Of a stretch of DNA of 64,000 nucleotides, positions 39,319 through 53,117 are shown piece after piece. A program made the translations under genes and the position numbers. Below the pieces are notes generated by a model. The model worked only from the letters and a program-made list of their open reading frames with translations, did no database searches and was not told the DNA's origin. The stretch lies in the NCBI GenBank assembly GCA_047967505.1, contig CM106538.1, one strand, 5' to 3'. How positions within the stretch are numbered: position 1 is the first letter of the stretch; every line of letters starts with the position of its first letter. The DNA comes from Dipteris shenzhenensis. Lineage: Eukaryota.

Positions 39319-40534
39319 TGTTGGAATGGTCACCTCCCCATCTGTAAGCCTCCATATGAGGAGAGCGTGGGGGAGGGAGACCTAGGGCAGAAGATGCCCA
39401 GAGAAGAGAGGGAGGGGGCTGCCACATGGTCAGAACCTCACAGCCAAGAGAGGAGGATCCCTGAAGGAACAATACGGGACAGCATCGTGGCTGTACGGGA
39501 CTGTGCAGATCCTTGGAGGCACTGACATCAGCAGGGTGTACCGAACTGTACGGCGCTGGAGAAGGGTCTGGCAGAGGCGCTTGCATGACGGGGTCCTTGG
39601 CAAGGTATATGGGCAGGTCTATGGCCTGCAAGCAGGGCTGGCAGGTGGTAGGACAGCAGCAGCAAAGGGGCTGGGCCCTGCATGGAACAAAGGGCCCGCA
39701 AAGGTCCCTAAATAGGCTGGATAGGCAGCCAACCAGCCAACCAACTGGTCGGTTGGTTAGAACTGCTACAGACCAGCCAGTCAGCCCATTTAGGGCTGGC
39801 TGGTCGGTTGGTTCAAGGGGACCTTGAGCCCTATAAAAGGAGAGGCCTCAGGCCTCATTTAATATCCAACTATCCAGCAAGTTCAGGAGCAGACAGGAGC
39901 AGCCAGAAGCCACTCCCTTGGGTCTCACACTAGGGGTGAAGGAGACTGGAAGGTGTGCTACAGACTGAGTTCCCTAGAGGCTGGACCTTGGCTGTCTTCT
40001 AGGGCAGCAAGGTGTTGTGATCATCATATCTTCTGGAGCAGCCATTCACAAGCAGGTTGGAGCAGTGGAACAGCTATCTTGGGGCCTACATTCAGGAGGA
40101 CCAAGGGGACCTGTGTGCTGCAGACAAAGCTTGGCAGGGGCTGCCCACCTAGGCTGATTCACAGGCAGTAAGGTGGAGAAGAACACACTAGACGGAAAGT
40201 CTACAGACGCTCAAGGTGGAGCACGCGGGCTCGAGTCTAGAGATATAGCCAGCAGATAGGAGAAGTACCTTGTGGTAAGATCAGAGGACCACACCATTGG
40301 TGGGACTCTGGATCCATCTCTTTTGTATTGTGTCCATAGTTTTCGACAGAAATATATTATATTGGTGGTTTCTCTATCTGGCTGGTTCATTGTCTATTGA
40401 TGAGTCTGCACATCTATTTTATGCACATAAGTTAAGAAGTTTGTGATTCCACATCCCACACCACACTGTGTGAGCTCCTAGGCATTATTATCAGTCTTCC
40501 GCTGTGCGTACCTTCTGTTGGATAATTTCTAACA
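39319..40534 (+). mobile_element. probable 3' LTR (~1.2 kb) of a truncated LTR retrotransposon
   Basis: PPT GAGAGGGGG then TGTTGGA ... TCTAACA; TATAAAAG at ~39832; no PBS downstream. Confidence 0.6.
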
Positions 40535-42059
40535 TAGTTCGCTTTGGCATGGATTCAGAATATAGATCAACAATGTTGGATTAGAACATAAATAGATAAT
40601 CTATTTTTTTGGATTCAAAACATAAATAGACAATCTATATTGTGTATAGCTTTGGAGATGAGTTTCAAATTTAAGTTGCAAGCTAACTTTGCAACAAACG
40701 AGCCGAAAGAACATTGCATGAATTGAAAAACACTTATTTTAGAAAGACACAACGAAAATCAGAGAATTCAATGGAAAAACAAAAACTCTGTTATTGTATT
40801 AAATTCATCACAAGTTCCTTCTTATAGAAAGACTTGCTCACAAGATTTGAAGTCCGCTTGTTTTCATAAGGTCCTTGGCACTCAACATCCTCATAGTAGT
40901 AGTATTTGAGAATAGTGCTGAGCAAACCATGTCAAAGACTACCACCATTAGGATGTTAAGTGGCATAAGAGCTTCTTCAGGCTATGGACATGGTGTTGAG
41001 CGAACAACTCTAATACAGATTTTGCTTTGGCATAGATTCAGAACATAAAAGACGTGAGATAAATGGCACTTCCAATCTTGTGAGCAAGTCTTTCTACAAA
41101 TCTTGTGAGCCAGCTTCAAATCTCGTGAATAGGTCCTTCTATAAGAAGGAACTTGGTAGTCGAGATTGGCACTCAAAATCCTAACAGTAGTAGTCTTCGA
41201 CATTAGTGGGCTAACTGAACTATGACTTAGGAATGAAGTAGCCATCTTTGCAAGTGAAGCAATCATGAAAGCCATAGATTGTTGTAGCCATTCGGCTAGA
41301 TTTTTCATGAGCAATCATTGCACTAGAGACGCCACAACTGAAAGCCCACCAGCTTGCGGGTCTTGGTGGAGCAACTAATGGCATCACAGAGATACTCCAA
41401 GCTCCCCACTATTCCACTAGCATCATGAAAACAAGAGGACATCAAATCTTGAGGCCAGTCTTCCACTGGGCTGTCTATTATCTCCTCACCAACTGCTTAG
41501 AGTCTTTTGCTGACTTGTACAACACCTCCTTGCACTCCTTGTTTTCCTCATCCTTGCATTCTCGCTCAATACACCTTCTAGCGTCTGCCATGTCTAGCCA
41601 AAAACTTATATCATAAGCATAATAGTTACATGATTCAATGGAAGCAAGTTCAAATCAAACAACCAACTACCTAACGTATGATCCTTGTCATTTTGCTTTC
41701 TCATCTCGTATGATCAAGTTCTTTGCTTGCATACCGTCTAGAAGGGCTTGTAGATAGGAAGATAGTTGCTGGAAGGTTCATGGGTAGTTGGCCATCTCTA
41801 GGAGGGAGAGGTAGAAATAGAGGATAGCGATCCTGGAAGGTTCAAGGAAGAGGTAGCAAAAGAGGATAGCAAGGAAAGAAGCATCGTATTTTTGAGTGTT
41901 TTGTTTGTTGAAGAGAGCGAGAGACTATCTCCTCTAGTTAGATAGTAAGAGAGTTCAAAGAACCAGCCTTCTCATTCCATTTTCAACATTGGGCCATTGC
42001 TTAAGTGGTAGTCATTTCCATTGGTGCCAAGGTCACCGATTGATAGAAATGACTGCTAG

Positions 42060-42320
42060 TGACTGCCATGCTAGGATTGCTAGCACACTTATTAGCAGTT
42101 AGCACTTAGCCCTCACTGCTAAGTGCTAGCACTCCTAGCATAGCAGCATTTAGCCCTCATTGCTAAGTGCTAGCACTCCTAGCATAGCAGTGCTAATTCT
42201 AATTGCTAAGTGCTAAGTTCTAGTATTCAGAGTGCTAATTGCTAAGTGCTGGCATTAGAGAGTGCTAAGTGCTAAGTAGTAACATTAAGAAGTGTTAAGT
42301 GCTGAGTGCAAACTACTATG
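42060..42320. repeat. TAGCACT/AGTGCTA low-complexity repeat with strand-inverted halves
   Basis: TAGCAC units predominate on the left and (A)AGTGCT units on the right. Confidence 0.7.
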
Positions 42321-44129
42321 CTTGAAGGTTTCTTGCCTAGTATGTAGGCTGTGAGCTATTCTAGTAGCATGATGCTCCCTTGGTGGAGAAGACCATTTTG
42401 CCTTGACTCCTCATCCTGCAACTCCTTTGGTCATGGCTGCTTGCCTAGCATCGCGTCTCGTTTGCCACAATAGGGGGCTTTGGTATGCCCATGAGGATGT
42501 GAGTGCACCAATGCCTCCTACTATGGCCAAACAACTCCTCATGTGTCTTGGAATCCCGTTTGGTGCCTCATGTGAATCTAATAGCCATATGGTCTCATGG
42601 TAGAGAGGACCATCTGCCTTGGCTCCCCATCTTGCAACTCCTCTAGTTGTGGCTATGACTAGTTAAGCATTGTGGGCTAGTGAGCCCATGCAATACGTGC
42701 AAGAGAGGATAGTTACACCATGATAAACTTAGGTTGTAGCAAATTCATAGGGAGAGAAATGAGGCTTTCATAGTGTTGAAGGGGGGTAGTGGAGTGCTTG
42801 GGGAAAAGCCTCTTGGGTCCTTTATATAGCTAGGCTTAGGGGGCTTACCACGCTGGCCCTTGCTCAACTATCAATTCTTCTTTGTATGTTCAATCCTGAG
42901 ACCTTGGGTGTCATACATGACAAAATCCCCTGTTGGATTTGCCATCTCAGAGTTACCATCATGATCTCCTCGAAATTTTTCCATAACCGTCCTAGAATTG
43001 ACTTGATGTGACGATGATCAAGAAGGGATAGCGGGTTGGATCTCTAACCTATCGGTCTCATTGGAGGCCCCATCATTTAGTACATCACGTCATGTGACTT
43101 TTGGTGCCTCTCCCTAGAATCATCACACAATTTACGTTGGGATTTCACTTTGCAAGACCATCACAATTCTCCTTGTTATTCTGGTAAAGATCAATACTTT
43201 CCGTTGCCTAAGTGGTAGTGGTAGTCATTTTCGTCAGTGCCAAGGTCGGTGATCGATGGAACATCCATAAGATGTTCATCTTAGAACATGGGATGGATTT
43301 TTTGATCTCTATGGTCAGATAAGGAGAGAGTATCCAGATAGCACAAGGACTGTGAATCTTAATAATGTAATAAAATACATGACTGCTTTCAAAACCAAGG
43401 AATGATGGGACATTGCATGCGAATTCATGATTGATTTTTATGTAAAACAATGGCAATCTCTTGTTCCTTAATTTTAAGGTTGCAACGCCCTTCAAAAGGG
43501 GTTTTCCTTTCTAGAGAAGGGAGAAATTAACCTTAAAAAAGGAGTGCTAATTTGGAAAAATTTTCTTTTAGTGCACTACGAAAATAATTGAAAATAGCTT
43601 AACTAGAAATATGACTTCTGAATTGCCATTCAAAATGAAATTCTAGGCTATCCTTAAAATTTGAGACTAGGCAATGCCAATGCTTGTCTGCTACAATGGT
43701 ATACTTATTAGTATGCACATTCATGAGATTGATGGTGGTTGTAGAAATTGATGTCATTTCTACAGTCTGCATGCATGCAGTAATCATAATTGATTTTGGT
43801 TAGTAATCATTCATTGATAGGCACGCAAAGAGTGAGACTGTAATCATTCATTGATTTTAGGTAGTAATCATTCACTCATAGGCATGCAAAGAGTGAGACC
43901 ATGGCTCTTCCTCCCACCATTAGAATTTACGAGCTCCACCCTCTTCCGTGGTCTCCATTCTCTCTGACCTCCACCCCCTTTACAGCCTTCCCTCCTGCAT
44001 TTCCTTTGTGTGTACAACACTAATCTTTGCATTGTCCACCCTCGATCACTTCCTCTGACCTCTACAAGCTCTACCGACTAGGTATTTTGTTGATTTCAAG
44101 ACCTCTCATGTTTTTTAAATTTGCTTTGT

Positions 44130-44560
44130 TGTTCTAATCATCACGATGCGATTAGGGTCCCTTCATCAATTTTAAAACTCATGTATCGCAAACGGATGAT
44201 TTCAACACTCCCTTATCATTGATTTGAAACTCACGTTATCGCATTCTGATGATTCTAACACTTTCTTATTGCCTTGTCATTCAGATCATCACAACATGAT
44301 TAGGGTCCCTTCATCGATCTGAAACTCATGTATTAAGTTATGATGATTCTGAGATTTCCTTATAGCTTTGTTGTTTAGATCATCACAATGCAATTAGGGT
44401 CCCTTCGTCGATTCTAAAACTCATGTGTGTATCATGTCCTGATGATTTTTACACTCCCTTATCACTTTCTCATTTAGATCATCACAATGCGATTAGGGTC
44501 CCTTTGTTGATTTTGAAACTCATGTATCACATTCTGACGATTCAGACACTCCCTTATCAT
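44130..44560. repeat. 4 diverged tandem units of ~100-150 bp
   Basis: ATCATCAC.A...ATTAGGGTCCC..AAACTCATGT at ~44137, 44285, 44379 and 44478. Confidence 0.85.
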
Positions 44561-45073
44561 AGATGGCTAGAGTAAGCTGATAGTTAGGCTATTGAAAAAA
44601 AGTGTTCCCAAGAACGAGGGAGGGTGCAAAATTTTCAATAGTATTCATCATGTGTCCTCATGAATATTAGAAGGTCATTGAAACATATTTTGTGCACCAT
44701 ATCCATTCTCCCTTTCTAGCAACTTGTCAGGTCCATAGGCAAACACTTCAAATTGAGAACACAATGGCAAAGACCTAGCCTAGGAGAATTGCATGAGGCT
44801 GCCAAGGATTTCTTGGTCAAGTTCTTCAAGGATAGCTATGTCTTGGCAACCCATCCTCCATTGCACTTACTCAAGTTTTGGTTCAACTAATTATTAGGAA
44901 AAAAGGGAGCTCATTTTGGGGCCTTTTAGGGTTTAGAAAAATAGGCTCTCGACCAATCAGAAGAGGAGCAACATAATGTTGGAAAAATACTAAAAACCAT
45001 GTAAAAATATAAAATAAGTCATATTCAAAATCTTTTTCTTTTATTATGTCTGACATACGTGATCTTCAAAAGA

Positions 45074-45331
45074 TGATTTTCTATGCAGTATTTGATGATT
45101 CTGATATCGCCAGCACGTTCGGAGTGAGCCAAAACCCCCAAATCGACCCTAGAGACATCGAAAACCGATGCTTGGAGGCCTGCTCCAGCAAATCCTCCAT
45201 TTTGAGCATTTTTGCCCTTTCCTAGGCCTCCGGGCGTCGGTTTTCGGTGTCTCCAGGGTCGATTTGGGGGTTTTGGCCTACTCCAGACGCGTTGGTGATA
45301 TCAGAACTATCAAATATTGCACAAAAAATCA
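45074..45331. mobile_element. foldback/MITE-like hairpin with ~108-bp arms
   Basis: 45074-45181 is the imperfect reverse complement of 45224-45331; 42-nt loop. Confidence 0.8.
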
Positions 45332-45877
45332 AGCAAAGAAAATCCGAGAACCGATTTACCGTTAGACCCAACACAATTGTTGTTGAAGAGCACATTAGCA
45401 TAGCAACACCAAAATGTTTAGAAATCAAAGCAAAAACTCATGCTTACAAATATAGCTTGTGTAATCATCCCAACTCTAGTGATTTGCTTTCTAAGAAGTA
45501 ATTACAAAGCTTCGAGGGCAAAGATTGGTAACAAAATATTAAAATATAAATATGTGGAGGCAAGGAAGAAACAAGAGGGCATGAGCATTGCCCTATGCCA
45601 AAATAAAGGGACATCAAGCTAGAAAGGAAGGGTCCATAGCTTCACTTAGCTGAGCTTTTCTTCCATTTTCAGCTTTCCTTCGCTTTTCAACATAAATCTT
45701 GAAGCCAAAACTAATGATTCCATTAAAACTCTCGACATAGAGTGGGCTAAACATAGAATTGTTTTTAAAAACGGCAAAATTGGGTAGGGCTAATAATACA
45801 GAACTTGATGGAGAGAGCTCACGTGTAAACAAGTAGTTTCTTTTCAAATTTCCGAGTGTGGGATGCGGTTGTAAAGA

Positions 45878-46745
45878 GACAGATCATCTTTGCTGGCCAA
45901 AAGCATTTCGACGATAGCCGCACCTTGGCCGACTACAACATCCACAAGAAGAGCACCCTGCACTTGGTGCTTCGCCTGGGAGGCGTCATGCCCATCACCT
46001 TTGGTAACGTCAAGACCAAGATTCCTCCTCTTGAGAGCCCCAATACCTGCAATGCCAAGGTCAAGATTCAAGCGAAGGAAGACGTCAACGGAGAAAGTGA
46101 AGGCAAGAGACGTGATGATCAGGTCATCGGTTATGGGAAGACCATCACCCTTGAAGACAACAAAGGTATCCCTCATTCAGATGTTCATTTTATTCATGGT
46201 TCGTGTCTAGGACAAACCGTTAAGACCGGCCTAGATACTGACAACGTGAAGGCCAAGATTGAAGAAAAGGAATGCAACAGTTCAGATGACCCAAAGGCCA
46301 TCACCATTGAAGGCATTGGTTATGGGAAGGCCATCAGCATCGAGGGCATCTTTTCTAATCTGGATTTGAAGACTAGCTTGGAGACCGGGAATGTGAAGGC
46401 CAACACTCATAACAAGACCAGGGAGACCCGCTCGGCTACAGACAATATGAGGGCCAAGATTCATGAAAAGGAAGGCATCCGCCCAGATGTCCAAGTCATT
46501 AATTTTGTTAATCTTCATGGCAAGTATCTAGGCCAGTCCCTAAGATTCTTCAAGTGGAAGAGACATGTATGGTCGAGAGAGCCTGTGTGGACGATTACTC
46601 GCTTAAAGGTGGTAGACAGTTTTGTAGACTTTACAAACTGTCTACCAGGTCAAAAGCCTTGATGCTACAAAGGAGCAGCCCAGAAATACCAGACCTTCAA
46701 AGCCCTTTTTCAACAATCCAACACTTGGAGTGGAAACCATTTTAA
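45878..46745 (+). pseudogene. degenerate tandem ubiquitin/ubiquitin-like repeats, 5'-truncated
   Basis: [30 protein letters not shown], then [34 protein letters not shown]. Confidence 0.85.
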
Positions 46746-47674
46746 ACACAGTGTTTAGGGCTAAAGGGAAGATGGTCACAGGTTCTAAAGCAAAAGTGTT
46801 CACATGTTGGGTTGCATGTCCCTCAGATTCCAATCATGAAGCCTTGGCCTTTACGGCAGGCCACTGTTTTACAAAGGAGATGTTATCCTTGAGGTACGCA
46901 GAGAACAACATGCTAGATTTTGAAAAACACAATTTCTCAGAATTGGTGGGATGTTTTGGAATTGATGTTGGCCGTGTAGAATTCAATACCTTTGGTTTCA
47001 CATGCTCATTGAAGCCATTGGTGATTGTAAGTGACAATGAAGATATTGCTCTCTTTCCAATGACAAGTGGAGAGATCCACCATTTACTATTGCCATGTAG
47101 TGTGGAATTGGAGTGTGGGAACAACAAGTTTATGGTAGTATTCTCTTATCCCTGCGCACAAACTTTTGTTATTCAGGCATATGAAGAATTAATTGAAGGA
47201 AGGGTTGATCATGGGATTGGAAACCTTTATTCATTCATGGGATTGAATAATGCTCAGCTATATCAGTTGCTAGTAGAAACTTTCCAGGAGTTTAACGATG
47301 GCTCTTTGGTTTGCTCACCGGGAGCCCTGGAGAAAGTTGAAGCCATATATTGCTGCTACAAATGTAGCACCGTTGGTGGTTCAAGTGGTGGACCTGCCAT
47401 GCCCACTCATCTACCTGGGTACACAGTGGGGATCCATGATGGAGCGGTCCAATATCAGGACTACAACATGGCCACATCGACGGACTCACCAGCATTCGTT
47501 ACAATATATGCACAGTTCGTGCTACCGAGGCTCCCTTGTAAAGATAGCAGCTTTTGGGTTGGTTGGAACCTTGCACCATTTGAGCGGTGGCTTAGCAAGC
47601 ACCATTTGGTATGGGGGGGATCAAACAAAAGAGGCAACAGGATAGGATGGACTTGGCTATCATTCCAGCAGTGA
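46730..47674 (+). CDS. trypsin-like (PA clan) serine protease domain, probably the C-terminal part of the ubiquitin-repeat ORF
   Basis: TAGHC (His), EDIAL (Asp), STVGGSSGGP (Ser) in order within a 314-aa uninterrupted frame. Confidence 0.75.
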   Translation: METILNTVFRAKGKMVTGSKAKVFTCWVACPSDSNHEALAFTAGHCFTKEMLSLRYAENNMLDFEKHNFSELVGCFGIDVGRVEFNTFGFTCSLKPLVIVSDNEDIALFPMTSGEIHHLLLPCSVELECGNNKFMVVFSYPCAQTFVIQAYEELIEGRVDHGIGNLYSFMGLNNAQLYQLLVETFQEFNDGSLVCSPGALEKVEAIYCCYKCSTVGGSSGGPAMPTHLPGYTVGIHDGAVQYQDYNMATSTDSPAFVTIYAQFVLPRLPCKDSSFWVGWNLAPFERWLSKHHLVWGGSNKRGNRIGWTWLSFQQ

Positions 47675-50600
47675 AGCGGGTGGAACTTACCCAAGAAGGA
47701 GAAGCTGAAATACGAATCAAGCAAGACAGATGAAGAAGATGTTGTCACACCGCCACCAACCCTACGAGCTCCCTTGGCTTTGGTTACTGACTTTGATTGA
47801 GCAACGGCTCCTTAACATGCAATGCATGGTGGTGTTTTTTAGCTTTGCTTGGTTGTATATCAAATTTCCTTTTTTTTTCATGCAGCATGTAATCGTGTTG
47901 TACATGAAGCTCAATACATGGAATTAATGATAAACCATGGGCTAATTGAAGATCATCCTTAATCGTGTTTATTGTTCTAAGCTAGCACATGTCTTCCCTC
48001 TACCTGGAATTGCTTTTCGTCTGATGGCACTGACTTATAACATGCATTTTATTATACGGTGTAGTTTAAATTCTCTTCGCTTGAAGTCTGTTGCTTCTTT
48101 TTTTGTCCTCGCTCAATTTTTTGTAATCCACTTTTAAGGTGCACCACTTGGTTTTTGATAAATCCCCTTCAATGTAGTGCCATGATGACTTTATGAGCCC
48201 TTATATTGAATAGCTCCACAACCAACGTTGTTAGTATTAGCAGAAATCAGAGCCCGACATACCTGAGTCATCAAGATTATAGTGGCATGTACATAGTTGC
48301 ATATGAAACATGTTTCATACCTGAATGAAATGTTTCTGAAATGTGTAGACGTTTTGTACGTTTGAATCACGTGTATTATGCATCTTTTAAAAAAAAAGAA
48401 AACTATTGAAAAAAAAATTTTGAGATTTTTTTTTAATTTTAAAAAAATCATAAATATGAAGTAACTTTCATGACTTTTCCTATTATTATATATCTGAATA
48501 ATAGTGACTACTCTATTTTTCACTAATATTCAGGTGTAGAATAATGAAAGACAATTCATGAACTATTATTATGCATATGAAGTTTCTACTTAGTTGGAAT
48601 TGTGTTTCTTTGTGCCATAGATGCATCAATTGCAACAAGGACTATGGTGACATGTGCATATATGATATTTCTACATCTGAAGTTTCTACTCTCATTACAA
48701 AACAGGGTAATATATTCCATTCAAAACGAATTATATAACGCGTGGGGGAGTAAGAACTCTATTCCTCACCTCAACAATGTGACAGAAAAGCCAGGGGGGT
48801 GGTCTATAATGCCACGACATCCCTAGTAGCGTCAAATGAAAAAATAAAGAGCAGTCCTAGGTTCTCATGAAAGAAATCAGTCTCTCTCAAGTTGCTGCAG
48901 AGGACCCGGTGCATCTATCCCACCGACTCCTAATGGAAGAGATAATCTCAGTCCATATAGCAATCTAAATATGAGCCTCTATGCTACGGCAACCCCTAGG
49001 ATGTGTGCACATCTCAAGCACCAGATCCACCAAAAAGTGATACTCGATATCACCTCCCAAGCTGATCCCGTTGATAAAGAAGGTAGTGAATCCTGAGCTA
49101 GAAGAGGTATCAAAAACAAATCCTGCGGATCCATGATACTAAAATCTGTAGGACTGCGCCTCTGTCGAGACTGCATGAAGAAAGCATGATCACCACCCTC
49201 AGACTCATACAAGGCAAAAGCACCTGATCCCCTGCCCCAAAGAGCTTAGCCCCACGTTATCGTGAAGGACTCAGAAGTAATATGAGAGAACAGTCGGAAG
49301 ATCCCGGTCCAAACCACCATAGCACTATGACACGTCCATAAGCAGTGCTTTCATGATTCCTCTGCAAGCTGACATCTCATACACAAAGACGGTCTACCCA
49401 TCTGACAAAGCCAAGAACCCACTAGGATACCTTTGTGTATAGTGAGCCAAAGAAAGTGTGAGAACTTCCTTGCTCTACTCATCCCAAAAAAATGAGTCCA
49501 ATAGCTCGACATGAGCTGCTCTGTGATCCCCTGTGCCTGCCAATGCTGAACTACTGAGGGTAAGTAATGGGTGGCTCTCTGCTGAATCCGATACCCTGCT
49601 CTCGTGGAATATTGAAAGAACTGCAATGGAGCATCCGATCCTAGAGGGGCTGGCCAAGACTACTCACCTGGATCCCAGTCAAGTCCCCTGAGCGGTCTAC
49701 CCTGGAAAATCCATAACCTCGATCTGGTCTCCTCTGTGACTGTCAAACGTGAAGGATCAAGAGACCACTCCTTCCCCAGGCATCCAATCACTTTGATCCT
49801 CTGCCAATACAGACCTGCTCCAGTGGCTGCGTAGGGGTGAGTCTGTGAGAGGAGTCTGCTGAAAAATAAATAAACGGAGCCGGTCCCAACCTCACTCCAA
49901 TGCACAAGCCAGTCTCATCGAAATAGCCAGACCAAATACAGTCAGCCGGGAGATTCTCTTGGGATGTTGTAAGAGTATCCCTCCAAGGCTGAGGAATGGC
50001 TCTCATGATCTGAAGTCTGATAGGAGCCACCCGTAAGAGTGGTCCATGTCTAGCAGCAATATTCTCCTCTGTGATCTCCTGATCTCCCCTAAACCAATCT
50101 CCCACAGAAGACAACCCGTGAGAGTGCCACCTCGCTAGATTGGTCCTGGGCTTTGTGCCAAGAGGGACACCCTGATACTGTATCAATGTGTTATGGAAGA
50201 GTGGTTGCCTGGCAATTTCCTCTCTGGAGAAAGGAATTGCCCGAATGAGGTACGAATGGAAAAGGGCCCAAATCTGGATAAGCCTTCTCACCAATGGAGA
50301 AGAAGGTTGAGTGTGATGATCCGTCAAAAAAATCCAACCAACACTACCAGGCCACTAACCTACTACCTTAGGAACACATTGTAGGACTCCATGTACAAGA
50401 AACTGCTTCCATGGCTAATCTCCTGGAGTCAAACCTCTGACCAGAAGTTTGACTAGAAGTGCCCTACTCTGGAGCTCCAGATCAAGAATCCCAAGATCTC
50501 CCTGTGCTGTGGGTAGGGTGATAGTGGCCCATGAAACTCTCACTCTAGTGTCCTCTGTACCATCCCTTCCACTCCAAAGAAAGTTCCTGAGCAGTCTCCT

Positions 50601-53105
50601 CACCTATCTGATACTATTTGCATGGAAGCACCAACATGAAGCAACGTACCACATGGTCGCCAACAACACCTGGTTGAGCACCAATGCTCTAGCAACTAAG
50701 GAAAGTCTAGCAGTACTCTAATATGCTAACTTCTTGCGAATGCTCTTTAGCACTTGGGCAAACTGCTGCGAGGGGGACACATCTACTCCAACTTGGAAGC
50801 CCAAATACTTGGTGGCGGTGCCTCTCGGTATCCAAGCAAAACCTTTGTCCACACCCCAAGATGGAGTATCCTACTGAGCTCTAGTCCAAATACCCTTCAA
50901 CTTATTCCGATTGACAAGTCCTCCTGAGGCTAGGCAGAACTTGTCAATGGATGCGGCGGTGCAAGTGAGACTATGACAATCACCCCTAATCGTCAGTGCA
51001 GTATCATCAATAAACTCAGTGTCCAAAAGCTCTTGCTCATGCCTGATCGGAAGAGATAGCCCCAGAGTGCCATGACTGGTAGCCTGCATGAAGTACCCTA
51101 GAGCCTCGGCCACAAAGAGGAGATAAGGAGCAAGAGGACAACCTTGACAGACCGATCTAGATAACTGAAAAGTAGGTCCTCTTCCTCCACAAAGGACCAT
51201 CCTGCTAGTTGAGTGGGAGTATAAGGAAGAACTCTAAGAAATCCATCTGTCACTGAAACCAAGCCTCCTCATGGTGCCCTCCAAGAAACTCCAGTTAACT
51301 CTATCACAAGCCTCCTCAAAGTCGAGAAGTAAAACTGCAGTGTCCTGCTGACTCTCCCGTGCCCAGTGTGTGGCCTCCCAAAAAGTGAACACGATGTCTA
51401 GGATACTCTGATCCTGAACAAAACCAATCTGAGTGGCTCTGAGAATATCTTGCATCAGAGGTTTGAGTCTCAAAGCCAAGGTTTCCGCTAAGATTTTGTA
51501 GGCAGTCCCAAGAAGAGTGATAGGTCTCCAATTGCGGAGGAGTGATTTGTCTCTCCCTTTCGGGATGAGACAAATAAGACCTATGCACATGGACTCGCCC
51601 AAAGATCCTAGCTCAAGAGCCTTGGAAAAAGTAGGCAATAGATGAGGCCCAACTGTATCTCAAACAAACCTGAAGAAAAGTGGAGAAAGGCCATCCTTGC
51701 CTGGGCATATGTCAGAAGGAAGATCCCGTAAGGCATCTGTGAGCTCCAGTAGAGTCAAGGGACTTTCAAATCCAGAAGGTCTGCTGAGAGTAAAATCTGA
51801 ATTGAGCTCTCCTGCCCTGCAAGTCCTCCAATCTCTCATGGGCTTGCTGACCTTTTATGAATAAGGAGTCTGGGAAACTCTGTACCAACCCCTAGAGTCT
51901 GGCTACCTCGGCTCTCTGAGATCTCTCTCTGAGTCTAATCCTTGCTTTCTCATGCTTGGCTCTATCCTGACAAGCATCATTGACTCTAGCAAGAGCTCTT
52001 TTTACCCATGTAAGCCACTCAACCTCCCCTAGTAACTCCTCAGAGAGCCAAGTGTCGCTAAGCATCTGTACAAACTCCGCCTCCTAGAAAATAAAATCAA
52101 GGACTCTCACTGAAGCCGAAGTCTCCATTCTGGAGGTGGCCAGGACCTGCAACAAAATTGGAGCATGATCTGATAAAGTAAAACTTGGTCGGATACCAAC
52201 CTGTCCTCCTCTAGCCTAGCCCCACTGGCCAACATAAAATCTATCCAATCTAGCTAGAGAAAGGGATCCATGGGAAGTGCCTGACCAGGAGAACTGCAAG
52301 CTGTTAGGCATATGAGAGAAGTCATCTAGCCAAAATGCATCTTGAAGCCCGGCCTGTAAAATGAAATTGTCCCACTCTGCTCTTTCTCTGTTTGAAAGAC
52401 CGCCCCAATCCAAGTGTCAGCCTGGGGGAGGGCATCTTTGATTTGTCTCCAAAAAACCCATCTAGGTCCCTGCCTCTGTGGGAGCATACACATTGAGAAC
52501 ACCAACCAAAGTGTTCTCAACCTGGATGGTAATAAAGGCCGCCCTGCTCTCCACCAGTGTGCCCTCCTGAATGACCTCTGAAGCCCACATGGCTGCCACT
52601 GCAATACAAATCCCACCCCTATTGTCAGCTGCTGGACTCCAGAAAGTCCTACTCTGGCCTCTAAGTAAAGAACTGCATCTGTCAATCCTATCCTGAGACA
52701 GCTTGTGCTCCTGAATGAGCACAATATCCGGAGGAGAGCCTGAAGACATGAGCCGGAGGGAGTCTCTAAGTATCTGCAATCTAGGTACTCCTACCCTGTT
52801 GTTGAGATATCAAGCTGTAGCCCCGATGTATCTCCTCGGTGACTATCATTTATGTCACCGCCTATATTGGTTTTACTCGTGGTGTAGTTAGACTGCCACG
52901 TATGTTTTGGTTTGGGTTCACATACGAACCACGTATTCTAGGGTTTGACATATAGGGTATACCCCTCTCCTATTGTATTGTTGTTGTGTGCTATTTTCAA
53001 CTGAGTGAAGATAAGCTTCAGCCTCCACATCTTGTGTCCTCCCTCTTGTGTATGTTGTGAAGAAGCTGCAATCGAGCCTCCTCCCTCTCTCCCGCATTCT
53101 TTACA

Positions 53106-53117
53106 TGGTATCAGAGC
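53106..53117 (+). promoter_or_regulatory. tRNA-iMet primer binding site
   Basis: TGGTATCAGAGC directly after the 5' LTR. Confidence 0.9.

Noticed and set aside
45856-46662. Functional polyubiquitin gene
   Set aside because: No complete 76-aa unit, the first unit lacks its N-terminal half, and the later repeats are strongly diverged.
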